A DNA stretch of 64,000 bases from Mobula hypostoma (taxonomy: Eukaryota), in NCBI RefSeq assembly GCF_963921235.1, contig NC_086108.1, positions 82,710,001-82,774,000 on the forward strand, written 5' to 3'. Positions 1 to 11,248 of the stretch are shown one piece after another; position 1 is the first letter of the stretch; the number at the start of each line of letters is the position of its first letter. Both the position numbers and the translations under genes were made by a program. The notes under the pieces were generated by a model. That model saw only the letters and a list, made by a program, of their open reading frames with translations. It did not search any database and was not told the origin of the DNA.

Positions 1-954
1 TCTGAAGGCATTTATGAAAATAATTTGACAAATCTCTGTTTAAATAAAGGAAAAGATTTTTTTTTCATTCATTGACAGTAGCTATGCAGCTGTTCAGAAA
101 AAAGGAAAGATATGGTAAAGGAACCTACGCTAATATGTGGAAGAAAGGCTAAAGACTCAATTACCACCAGGGGGAAAATCAATCTCATTTACTTATTAAA
201 ATGAAATTTTCTCCATGTGTTATATATTTTCATTGATGCATACTGTCAGGTTCATAGCTTTGTTCTTTCTAATGTGTCACTTTATTTCTCAGATTACCCC
301 CTTTTTTATCTGCTTCTGCCTCAAACATCCTGCACAGAATACTACAGGTGGAAATGCAAATGGGAAAACCATTTCACAAGAATATGCACTAACAGAATAG
401 ACAATTCTTTATCTACAGCTCCTAGTTCATTTTATTGTTAAGTGTCTTCCCATCGCTAAATAAATGGTGTAGTAGATGCTCTGAGGGCACTGAACATTCC
501 TTAAGCAGTGTTTTGAGTGACTTCCAGTAACCCTATTCAGAATCATTGTTTCAAAGTACATGCACTTCACCACTTGCACCAGAGACATCAATTAATATTC
601 CCTTGATTGCACAGGATTTTCACATTCAGGTAGTTTTAGACTTGCTTTTGGCAGGTACATCTTTCGCCCACCAAAACTTGTATCAGATGAACATGGGACA
701 TATCAATGATAAGGTCACACACATACAGGAATCTGGAGTAAAGAAAACATGCTGGAGGAACTGAGCAGGTCAATGCAGGGTGCTGATGTTGAGTATCAAC
801 CTGAAATGTTGACAATTCCTTTTCTTCCACAGGTACTGCTCGGCCATCTTAGTTCTCCAGCAAATTGTTTGTTGCTCCGCAAAATAGGCATGTTTCCTTC
901 TCCGTCAGCTTTCTCCGATTTTCTTGAAGGTATGGCACCCACAGCCAATGTATG

Positions 955-1100
955 AACACAAGATATGCTGGAAATCTAAAATAACACACACAAAAAAAAA
1001 CGCTGAACCCTTCCTGATGAAGGGTCTCGGCCCGAAGCATCAAGTATTTATTCCTCTTCATAGATGGCTCCTGACCAGCTCAGTTCCTCCACCATTTTCG
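955..1100 (+). mobile_element. Decayed Penelope-like terminal fragment with a degenerate hammerhead (CTGATGA-AGGGTCTCGGCCC-GAAG)
   Basis: Same terminal sequence as the other PLE copies. GAAA is mutated to GAAG and stem I is lost. Confidence 0.65.
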
Positions 1101-1907
1101 GAGTAGCGAATGTAATGTATGATAATCTCTACCGACTTGCCCCTAGTCTCATTGATATTATCGACACTAACTTTTATTTTTTCAGTTAAACATTCCAGTT
1201 TGCTGTGGCTCTTTAGGTCTGTTGTTTGATTATTCAGAAGGGAACTGTGGGCATCAAACCATTCTAATGGAAGGAAGTACCAGACAGCTGTAAGTCCAGG
1301 ATATAGCAAATGACAGATGACGGTGCATTTTTCCTCCTTAAAGTCATCTTGATGGTGGTGACTTCATGTTCCTCATGCTTCAGTTTTGTCCAACTTTTTG
1401 AGGAGATGTATATCATACCTATAACATGGAAGTTCATTAACTCATCATTTCCAGGATTGTGTTTTAGCCTTTGTTAAAACACAATGTTTTGCTGCCTTTT
1501 CTTTAATCTAAGGCAATACTCTAGATTTCAGTGAGTCTCAAATGATCCCCATTTACCACCTACTTAGGTTTTCACATTTTCACTTAAAATGGCTTCAGGG
1601 CCTTTATTGTTTGTTCATTCTAATTCTGCTAAAATTTATCCCAGATTACCTAAAAATTTGCATGGCATTGCAAAAGCAGGGGAGTGAGATAAATTGGATA
1701 CTGTGAAAAATAAATGACACAGATACATTGAGCTGAACAGCTTCTTCCTTTACCATATTATTATATGAATGCTCATCTTCCATCCTATGGTCATGCACTC
1801 AATTAATCTTAATTTCCTCTTGAGAGAAAGGTTGACCCCAGGGCTGAGCTAATAAACCGTAAATCAGCAACTTATTTTACATGTTTGCTCCTATTTCTAT
1901 CTACAAT

Positions 1908-1956
1908 TTTCTATTCTTAACATCTTTCTATCCTTAACATCTTTCTATCTTTAACA
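1908..1956. repeat. Short tandem repeat, about 17-bp unit (TTTCTATCCTTAACATC), nearly 3 copies
   Basis: Read directly from the sequence. Confidence 0.7.
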
Positions 1957-2159
1957 AAGAAGACTGACAGCTCTCTGGGAGTAAGAACAAGCTAGATTGT
2001 ACTTTATTATGATTCACCAGTGTATCTCAGAAGGGAGCAAAAATGAAAATATTAAAAAATCTCTCTCCTCACATTCTTCTCTTGGCCTCTTGCATTGCTG
2101 AAGTTGCTGATCCATGCTGGAGTATGGTTCTCAGATAGAACATAAACAAATGCTTATTT

Positions 2160-3540
2160 GAAGTTGCACGTACTGATGATCTGTGCTGATCAACTGGCTG
2201 GAGTGTTTGCTGATGTCTTTAACATGTCTTGTCGGCAGTCTGCTTCAATAGGCTTCAATTATACCAGACCCAAGAAGAACATGGTAATCTGCCTCAATGA
2301 CTATCATCCAGTAGCACTTATATCCACTGTGATGAAGTGCTTTGAGAAGCTGGTGATGAAGCAAATCAACTTTTGGCTGAGAAATGACTTGGATCAACTC
2401 CAATATGCCCACAATCGGTCAACAGCAGATACCGTTTCTTTGGCTCTTAACTCAATCCTGGAACATCTAGACAGCAAAGATGGATAAATTAGGGTGCTTT
2501 TCATTGATTGCAGCTTGGCATTCAATACCACCATCCCCTCAAAACTAATCAATAAGCTTCAAATCCTAGGCCTTCATAACTCCTTGTGCAACTGGATCCT
2601 TGATTTCCTCTCTTGCAGACCCCAGTCAGTTCAGATTGGCAACAACATCTCCTCCACAATCACCATCAGCACAGGTGCAGATCCAGGCTGTGTGCTTAGT
2701 CTCCTGCTCTACTTGCTTTATACTTATGACTGTGAGGCTAACCACAGATCCAATGCCATATTTAAGTTTTGTGACGACACCACTGTCGTTGGCCAAATCA
2801 AGGGTGGTGATGAATCAGTATATAACAGGGAGATGGAAAATCTGCCTGAGTGGAGCCACAACAACAAACTCTCACTCAACGTCAGCAAGACCAAGACAAT
2901 GATAATTGATTTCAAGAGGAAACTGGTCCATGAGCCAGTCCTTGTTGGGGGATCAGAGATGGAAAGAGTAACAACTTTATATTTCTGGATGTTATCTTTT
3001 CAGGGGACCAGTCCTTTCCTGGGTCCAGCACTTCAGTGTCACTATGAAGAATGTAAGGCAGTACCTCTACTTTCTTAGAAGTTTGTGTAGATTTGGCATG
3101 TCATCTGAAACTTTGACAAACTTTGATAGATGTGTGGTGGATAGTATATTGACTGGTTGTATTACAGCCTGGTGTGGAAACATCAATGCCCTTGAATGGA
3201 AAAGCCTACAAAAAGAAGTGAGTACTGTTCTGTCCATCAAGGGTAAAGCTCTCCCTAACATTGAGCACATCTACATGGAGCACTATCCTAGGAAAGCAGT
3301 ATCCATTATCGAGGGCCCCCACCATCAAAGCCATGCTTTCTTCTCGCTGCTGCCATCAGGAAGAAGGCACAGCAGCCTCAGATCCCACACCACCACGTTC
3401 AGGAACAATTAGTACCCCTCAGCCATCAGGCTCTTGAACTGGAGGGGTTAACTTCACTCAATTTCACTTGCCCAGCACTAAACTATTCCCACTGAACTGG
3501 ACTCACTTTCAAGTTTTTTCATCTCATGTTCTCGATATTT
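2160..3540 (+). mobile_element. Rex1/Babar-clade LINE, 5'-truncated, reverse transcriptase pseudogene
   Basis: Frameshifted ORFs with [56 protein letters not shown] and C-terminal HAFFSLLPSGRR. Confidence 0.9.
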
Positions 3541-3969
3541 GGTGGTAATCACTTTATAAATGCAACAACTAACGTTACTTTGCCTGAGGATAAAGGATAG
3601 GAAAAGTCCCTGGTCATCATTAGCATCTCTATATTCTAACAATAAAATTCTAACACATGCTAATATTTTTAAATTAACTTATTTAAGTACTTGAAGTGCT
3701 TTAGGTCTGCTCAGCTTCAAAACAGCAGTACCCGTACTTTGATAAACTAGTATCAAACATTTAAAATCAAATAAAATGCTCAATAATTGCTGGGCTGGAA
3801 TTTGAAAGATCAATACTGTTAGTAAATCAGCCAATTGAATGATAATGAACATGGTTTCAGTCCCCAGAGGAGTGGTTTCCACTCAAAGCCATTGTTGTTC
3901 AGATGTGAAAAATTTTCTGTGACACCGTTTTGTTGCAAACAGATACTGTGGAGCAACACAATGAGTTTG

Positions 3970-4079
3970 CTTCAGGTATTATGGTCATTACCGACCCTGA
4001 GGTGGTCATTATAGGCTTGAGTGAAGCGGGAGATGGTAATGAGACTCTCAGGGCTGGTAATGACCATAAAGCCAGGAAG
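3970..4079. repeat. Imperfect palindrome (about 110-bp hairpin) in otherwise unique sequence
   Basis: TTATGGTCATTACCGACCCTGAG (3979-4001) pairs with CTCAGGGCTGGTAATGACCATAA (4047-4069). Confidence 0.8.
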
Positions 4080-4471
4080 AAATGATGTTATTATTATTCT
4101 TATCAATCTTGGTGCAGTACAGTATAGATGTAATTTTCTGTGCTGTCTTTCTCAGTACTCAGTTAATTTGAGTTGAGCTTTCTTGTATACCATCTGTGGT
4201 ATGGAATATCTCTCTAAATAAATTGGGAGCCTGTTAAATGCAACATTTTCATGGAGTACTTTATTTTAAGAAAAATATTGATTAATGAGAAAAAGACATA
4301 AAGGTAACCTGAAGCTACTAAAATAATAATAAAAACTGCAGATGCTGGTAATCTGAAATAAAAACAGAAAATATTGGAAACAGAGTGGGTCAGGCAACTG
4401 CTTTGGATAAAGAAATAGGACAAGACTTTCAACCAGAGTCATGCAATTATTAGTTATGCCCATGCAATCTA

Positions 4472-5003
4472 CACTCAGTAACAACTTTATTAGGTACACC
4501 TCTACCTAATGTTAATACAAATATCTATTTAGCCACTCAATGCATAAAAGCATGCAGACATGGTCAAGAGGTTCAGTTATTGTTCAAACCAAACATCGGA
4601 ATGGGGAAGAAATGTGATCTAAGTGACTTTGACCATGAGTTGATTGCTGTGCTAAACGAGGTAGTTTGAGGAGCAAAGGAACTGCTGATCTCCTGGGATT
4701 TTCACGCACGACAGTGTCTAGAGTTTACCAAGAATGGTGCGAAAAACAACAAAACATCCAGTGAGTGGCAGTTCAGTGGGCAAAAACACCTTGTAATGAG
4801 AGAGGTCAGAGGAGAATGGCCAGACTGGTTCAAGCTGACAGGAAGGCGACAGTAACTCAAATAACCACGTGTTACAACAGTGGTGTGCAGAAGAGCGTCT
4901 CTAAGTGCACAACATGTTGATCCTTGAAGTGGACGGGCTAGAGCAGCAGAAACCCACACTGGTTTCCACTCCTGTACCTAATAGCGTGACTACTGGTCTT
5001 ATG
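4472..5003 (+). mobile_element. Tc1/mariner non-autonomous derivative with an N-terminal transposase remnant
   Basis: TA|CACTCAGT..CTTTATTAGGTACA left TIR and a degenerate right TIR (GTACCTAATA..). The ATG at 4601 gives MGKKCDLSDFD, followed by ADLLGFSRTTVSRVY and RGQRRMARLVQADRKATVTQITT (paired-like HTH). Confidence 0.85.
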
Positions 5004-5059
5004 TTATAAGGCGATAGAACATAGAAACAGAGTCAACTATTTGACCCATCAGTTCTGAT

Positions 5060-5490
5060 TCCCTCCCAGATGAACTCAATGCCTTTCATGCACACCTTGA
5101 AGGGAGAATAAAACTACACCAGTGCGGTTCCCTGCAGCGTCTGGTGACCCTTTGACCTCTGTCTTGGAGACTGTCGTCAGAACATCTTTCAAGAGGGTGA
5201 ACCCTTGCAAGGTGCCAGGCCCTGATGGTGTACCAGGTAGGGCTTTGAAAACCTGTACCAGCCAAAGGGCATTTCAATCTCTGACTGCTGCAGTCAGATG
5301 TTCCCGACTGCTTCAAAAGGGTGACAATCTTACCAGTGCCCAGGAAGAGCAGAGTAAACTGCCCCAATAACTACCATGCAGTTGCACTCACATCTACTGT
5401 GAGGAAGTGCTTTGAGAGGTTGGTCACGGCCAGAATTAACTCTGACTTAAGCAAGATTTCTGGATCTGCGCAATTTACTGATCACCCGAA
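5060..5490 (+). mobile_element. Rex1/Babar LINE internal fragment
   Basis: FKRVNPCKVPGPDGVPGRALKTC and NNYHAVALTSTVRKCFERLV. Confidence 0.85.
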
Positions 5491-7143
5491 GAATCAGAAT
5501 CAGAATCAGGTTTATTATCACCTGCATGTGTCGTGAAATTTGTTAACTTAGCAGCAGCAGTTCAATGCAATACCTGATATAGAAGAATAAATAAATAAAT
5601 AAAGTAAACTAATTGCAGTATATGTATATTGAATAGCTTAAAAGTTGTGCAAAACCAGAAATAATATGTATTAAAAAAGTGAGGTGGTGTTCACAGATTT
5701 AATGTCCATTTAGGAATCGGATGGCAGAGGGGAATCATGCTCCTGAATCGCTGAGTGTGTGCCTTCAGGCTTCTGTACCTTCTATCTGATGGTAACAGTG
5801 AGGAAAGAGCATGCCCTGGGTGCTGGGGGTCCTTAATAATGGATGCTGCCTTTCCGAGACACCACTCTTTGAAGATATCCTGGGTACTTTGTAGGCTAGT
5901 ACCCAAGATGGGGCTGACTAAATTAATGACTTCCTGCATCTTCTTTCGGTCCTGTGCAGTTGCACCCTCCACCCCCCACCTCCCTCCGCCCCCCCCCCCC
6001 ACCATTCTAGGCAGTAATGCAACTTGTCAGAATACTCTCCATGGTACATCTATAGAAATTTTTGAGTGTTTTTGTTGAAATGCCAAATCTCTTCAAACTC
6101 CTAATGAAGTGTAGCCGCTGTCTTGCCATCTTTATATCTGCATTGATATGTTAGTGTCCTCAGAGATCTTGACACCCAGGAACTTGAAGCTGCTCATTCT
6201 CTCCAGTTCTGATCCCACTGTGAGGATTGGCATGACCTGCTTCGTCTTGCCCTTCCTGAAGCCCACAATCAGCTCTTTTGTTTTACTGACGTTGAGTACT
6301 AGGCTGTTGCTGTGACACCACTCCACTAGTCGGTATTTCTCACTCCTGTATGCCTCTCATCTCCATCTGAGATTCTACCAACAGTGGTTGCAAATCAGCA
6401 AATTTATAGATGATAAACGCAAACAACAGGAATTCTGCAGATGCTGGAAATTCAAGCAACATACATCAAAGTTGCTGGTGAACGCAGCAGGCCAAGCAGC
6501 ATCTATAGGACTGAAACGTCGACTGCGCCTCTTCCTATAGATGCTGCTTGGCCTGCTGCGTTCACCAGCAACTTTGATGTATGTTAATTTATAGATGATA
6601 TTTGAGCTGTGCTGAGCCACACAATCATGGGTATAGAGAGAGTAGAGTGGTGGGCTAAGCACACACCCCTGAGGTGCACCAGTGTTGATCGTCAGCGAGG
6701 AGGAGATATTATCACCAATCTGCACAGATTGTGGTCTTCTGGTTAGGAAGTCAAGGATCCAATTGCTGAGGGAGGTACTGTAGCTTCTCAATCAGGATTG
6801 TTGGAATGATGGTGTTAAATGTTGAGCTATAGTTGATGCACAGCATCCTGACATAGGTGTTTGTATTGTCCAGGTGGTCTAAGGCTGTGTGAAGAGCCAT
6901 TGAGATGGTGTCTGCCATTGACCTATTGTGGCGATGGGCAAATATTAGTGGGTCCAGGTCCTTGCTAAGGCAGGAGTTCAGTCTAGTCATGACCAACCTC
7001 TCAAACCATTTCATCACTGTAGATGTGAGTGTTACTGGGTGATAATCATTAAGGCAGCTCACATTATTCTTCTTGGGCACCAGTATAATTGTTGCCTTTT
7101 TGAAGCAAGTTGGAACTTCCACCCGTAGCAGTGAGAGGTTGAA
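5491..7143 (-). mobile_element. Rex1/Babar LINE, 3' part (split by the CR1 insertion and carrying a PLE insertion at 6416-6585)
   Basis: (CTGATT)n 3' tail at about 5491-5510 on the minus strand. RT motifs FNLSLLRVEVPTCFKKATII, LNDYHPVTLTS and [10 protein letters not shown]. Confidence 0.92.
6416..6585. mobile_element. Fold-back mini Penelope-like insertion with a 15-bp TSD
   Basis: TSD AATTTATAGATGATA at 6401-6415 and 6586-6600. Perfect 53-bp inverted arms at 6458-6510 and 6533-6585. The loop holds the 3' half of the hammerhead (CTGAAACGTCGACTG). Confidence 0.9.
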
Positions 7144-7676
7144 GAAGGTAGTGATAGGGGACTCGATAGTTAGAGGTGCAGATGGAAGGTTCTGTGGTCG
7201 TGACAGAGAATCCAGGATGGTATGTTGCCTCCCGGGTGCCAGGGTCAAGGATGTCTCTGATCGATTGCATGACATTCTGAAGTGGGAAGGTGACCAGCCA
7301 GATGTCGTGGTGCACATCGGTACCAATGACATAGCAAGGAAGAGTGAAGAGGTCCTGGACAGTGAGTATAGAGAGCTTGGTAGGAAGTTGAAAAGCAGGA
7401 CCTCAAGGGTGGTAATCTCAGGATTGCTACCTGTGCTAGGTGCCAGTGAGGGTAGGAATAGGATGCTCTGGAGGAGGAACAAGTGGCTGAGGAACTGGTG
7501 TAAGGGGCAGGGTGTCAGATTTCAGGATCATTGGGACCTCTTCTGGGGCAGGTGGGACCTGTACAAGACAGACGGGTTACACTTGAACCACAGGGGGACC
7601 AATATCCTTTCAGGGAACATACATCAAAGTTGCTGGTGAACGCAGCAGGCCAAGCAGCATCTGTAGGAAGAGGTGC

Positions 7677-7712
7677 AGTCGACGTTTCAGGCCGAGACCC
7701 TTCGTCAGGACT
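7677..7712 (-). ncRNA. Minimal type I hammerhead ribozyme
   Basis: The minus strand reads AGUC-CUGACGA-AGGGUCUCGGCCU-GAAA-CGUC^GACU. Core CUGANGA/GAAA, GUC cleavage triplet, stem I and stem II are all present. Confidence 0.85.
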
Positions 7713-8045
7713 AACTGAAGGAAGAGTGAGTAAGGGATTTGAAAGCTGGAGGGGGAGGGGGAGATCCAAAATGATAGGAGAAGACAGGAGGGGGAGGGAT
7801 GGAGCCGAGAGCTGGACAGGTGATAGGCAGAAGGGGATACGAGAGGATCATGGGACAGGAGGTCCGGGAAGAAAGACGTGGGGGGGGTGACCCAGAGGAT
7901 GGGCAAGAGGCTGCTGCGTTCACCAGCAACTTTGATGTATGTTGCTTGAATTTTCAGCATCTGCAGAATTCCTGTTGTTTGCGTTTAAATTCACTACTGC
8001 GAAGCCTCTTCCGGTGATGCCTACACCGAAGAAGTTTAGATCCTT

Positions 8046-8081
8046 AGTCCTGACGAAGGGTCTTGGCCTGAAACGTCGACT
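8046..8081 (+). ncRNA. Minimal type I hammerhead ribozyme, predicted cleavage after 8077
   Basis: AGUC-CUGACGA-AGGGUCUUGGCCU-GAAA-CGUC^GACU. Confidence 0.85.
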
Positions 8082-8238
8082 GCACCTCTTCCTACAGATG
8101 CTGCTTGGCCTGCTGCGTTCACCAGCATCTTTGATGTATGTTGCTTGAATTTCCAGCATCTGCAGAATTCCTGTTGTTTGCGTTTAAAATCGTTTCAGGG
8201 AGGTTTGTTAGTGCTATTGGGGAGGCTTTAAACTAGAT

Positions 8239-11170
8239 TTGCAGGGGGATGGGAACCAGTGTGCCAGAGCTGACAGTGTGGCTGGGGTGAAAATAAATGA
8301 TGTTGAAAATTTAAGCAAATCTGCTGATAGAAAGGTTGTGAGTGGTGGTAAAAATCTTCTGAGGTGTATATATTTCAATGCTAGGAGTATTGCGGGGAAG
8401 GCGGATGAGTTGAGGGCATGGATTGACACGTGGAATTATGATGTTGTAGCAATTAGTGAAACTTGGCTACAGGAGGGACAGGACTGGCAGCTTAATATTC
8501 CAGGGTTCCGATGTTTCAGATGTGATCGAGGCAGAGGAATGAAAGGTGGGGGAGTAGCATTGCTTGTTAGGGAAAATATTACAGCAGTGCTCAGGCAGGA
8601 CAGATTAGAGGGCTTGTCTACTGAGTCCTTATGGGTGGAGCTGAGAAACAGGAAAAGTATGGCCACATTAGTGGGATTGTATTACAGACCACCCAATAGT
8701 CAACAAGACTTGGAAGAGCAAATCTGCAGAGAGATAGCAGGCAACTGCAGGAAACATAAAGATGTGGTGGTAGGGGATTTTAATTTTCCATACATTGATT
8801 GGGACTCCCATACTGTTAGGGGTCCAGATGGTTTAGAGTTTGTAAAATGTGTTCAGGAAAGTTTTCTAAATCAATATATAGAGGGACCAACTAGAGGGGA
8901 TGCAATATTGGATCTCCTGTTAGGAAACGAATTAGGACAAGTGACAGAAGTCTGTGTAGGGGAGTACTTTGGTTCCAGTGATCATAACACATTAGTTTCA
9001 ATTTGATCATGGACAAGGATAGATCTGGTCCTAGGCTTGAGGTTCTGAACTGGAAGAAGGCCAAATTTGAAGAAATGAGAAAGGATCTAAAAAGCGTGGA
9101 TTGGGACAGGTTGTTCTCTGGCAAAGATGTGATTGGTAGGTGGGAAGCCTTCAAAGGGGAAATTTTGAGAGTGCAGAGTTTGTATGTTCCTGTCAGGATT
9201 AAAGGCAAATTGAATAGGAATAAGGAACCTTGGTTCTCAAGGGATATTGCAACTCTGATAAAGAAGAAGAGGGAGTTGTATGAAATGTATAGGAAACAGG
9301 GGGTAAATCAGGTGCTTGAGGAGTATAAGAAGTGCAAGAAAATACTTAAGAAAGAAATCAGGAGGGCTAAAAGAAGACATGAGGTTGCCTTGGCAGTCAA
9401 AGTGAAGGATAATCCAAAGAGCTTTTACAAGTATATTAAGAGCAAAAGGATTGTAAGGGATAAAATTGGTCCTCTTGAAGATCAGAGTGGTCGGCTTTGT
9501 GCGGAACCAAAGGAAATGGGGGAGATCTTAAATAGGTTTTTTGCGTCTGTATTTACTAAGGAAGCTGGCATGAAATCTATGGAATTGAGGGAATCAAGTA
9601 GTGAGACCATGGAAACTGTACAGATTGAAAAGGAGGAGGTGCTTGTTGTCTTGAGAAAAATTAAAGTGGATAAATCCTCAGGACCTGACAGAGTGTTTCC
9701 TCGGACCTTGAAGGAGACTAGTGTTGAAATTGCGGGGGCCCTGGCAGAAATATTTAAAATGTCGCTGTCTACGGGTGAAGTGCCAGAGGATTGGAGAGTG
9801 GCTCATGTTGTTCCGTTGTTTAAAAAAGGATCGAAAAGTAATCCAGGAAATTATAGGCTGGTGAGTTTAACGTCAGTAGTAGGTAAGTTATTGGAGGGAG
9901 TACTAAGAGACAGAATCTACAAGCATTTGGATAGACAGGGGCATATTAGGGAGAGTCAACATGGCTTTGTGCGTGGTAGGTCGTGTTTGACCAATCTGTT
10001 GGAGTTTTTCGAGGAGGTTACCAGGAAAGTGGATGAAGGGAAGGCAGTGGATATTGTCTACATGGACTTCAGTAAGGCCTTTGACAAGGTCCTGCATGGG
10101 AGGTTAGTTAGGAAAATTCAGTCGCTAGGTATACATGGAAAGGTGGTAAATTGGATTAGACATTGGCTCGATGGAAGAAGCCAGAGAGTGGTGGTAGAGA
10201 ATTGCTTCTCCGAGTGGAGGCCTGTGACTAGTGGTGTGCCACAGGGATCAGTGCTTGGGTCCATTGTTATTTGTCATCTATATCAATGATCTAGATGATA
10301 ATGTGGTAAATTGGATCAGCAAGTTTGCTGATGATACAAAGATTGGAGGTGTAGTAGACAGTGAGGAAGGTTTTCAGAGCCTGCAGAGGGACTTGGACCA
10401 GCTGGAAAAATGGGCTGAAAAATGGCAGATGGAGTTTAATACTGACAAGTGTGAGGTATTGCACGTTGGAAGGACAAACCAAGGTAGAACATACAGGGTT
10501 AATGGTAAGGCACTGAGGAGTGCAGTGGAACAGAGGGATCTGGGAATACAGATACAAAATTCCCTAAAAGTGTCGTCACAGGTAGATAGGGTCGTAAAGA
10601 GAGCTTTTGGTACATTGGCCTTTATTAATCGAAGTATTGAGTATAAGAGCTGGAATGTTATGATGAGGTTGTATAAGGCATTGGTGAGGCCGAATCTGGA
10701 GTATTGTGTTCAGTTTTGGTCACCAAATTACAGGAAGGATATAAATAAGGTTGAAAGAGTGCAGAGAAGGTTTACAAGGATGTTGCCGGGACTTGAGAAA
10801 CTCAGTTACAGAGAAAGGTTGAATAGGTTAGGACTTTATTCCCTGGAGCGTGGAAGAATGAGGGGAGAATTGATAGAGGTATATAAAATTATGATGGGTA
10901 TAGATAGAGTGAATGCAAGCAGGCTTTTTCCACTGAGGCAAGGGGAGAAAAAAACCAGAGGACATGGGTTAAGGGTGAGGGGGGAAAAGTTTAAAGGGAA
11001 CATTGGGGGGGCTTCTTCACACAGAGAGTGGTGGGAGTATGGAATGAGCTGCCAGACGAGGTGGTAAATGCGGGTTCCTTTTTAACATTTAAGAATAAAT
11101 TGGACAGATACATGGCTGGGAGGTGTATGGAGGGATATGGTCCGTGTGCAGGTCAGTGGGACTAGACAGA
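8239..11170 (+). pseudogene. CR1 ORF2 (APE endonuclease + reverse transcriptase) with about 3 frameshifts
   Basis: YFNARSI, ISETWL, VGDFNFP, SDH, PGNYRLVSLTS, QHGFVRGRSC, YMDFSKAFD, GVPQGSVLG and FADDTK, spread over ORFs 8239-9006, 9003-10289 and 10231-11067. Confidence 0.93.
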
Positions 11171-11248
11171 AAATGGTTCGGCACAGCCAAGAAGGGCCAA
11201 AGGGCCTGTTTCTGTGCTGTAGTTTCTATGGTTTCTATGGTTTCTATG

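Larger units (their letters stand above)
7617..8192. mobile_element. Penelope-like (Neptune-type) insertion: an inverted terminal segment plus a partial tandem repeat, with two hammerheads
   Basis: TSD TTTCAGGGA at 7608-7616 and 8193-8201. Minus-oriented arm at 7617-7910 and a plus-oriented direct repeat starting at 7911 and 8110. Confidence 0.9.
7144..8237 (+). pseudogene. CR1 ORF1 SGNH/GDSL esterase domain, interrupted by a PLE at 7617-8192
   Basis: Blocks VVIGDSIVRG, VVHIGTND and DGLHLN. After the insertion the frame resumes as GRFVSAIGEALN*. Confidence 0.9.
7144..11248 (+). mobile_element. CR1 LINE, young and near full length (5'-truncated within ORF1)
   Basis: ORF1 SGNH esterase plus ORF2 APE endonuclease and RT, ending in a (GTTTCTATG)x3 tail at 11222-11248. 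Confidence 0.95.

Noticed and set aside
833..929. Apparent plus-strand exon (ttccacag|GTACTG..GAAG|gtatgg)
   Set aside because: The acceptor and first half lie in a decayed PLE/SINE terminus, and the peptide is unrecognisable.
1058..1419. Possible minus-strand terminal exon or ORF
   Set aside because: The phase-0 frame needed after 17408 stops after one codon, and the other frames are short with no recognisable homology.
6751..7482. 243-aa ORF that looks like a novel fusion protein
   Set aside because: It is chance read-through from antisense CR1 ORF1 into Rex RT across the insertion junction.
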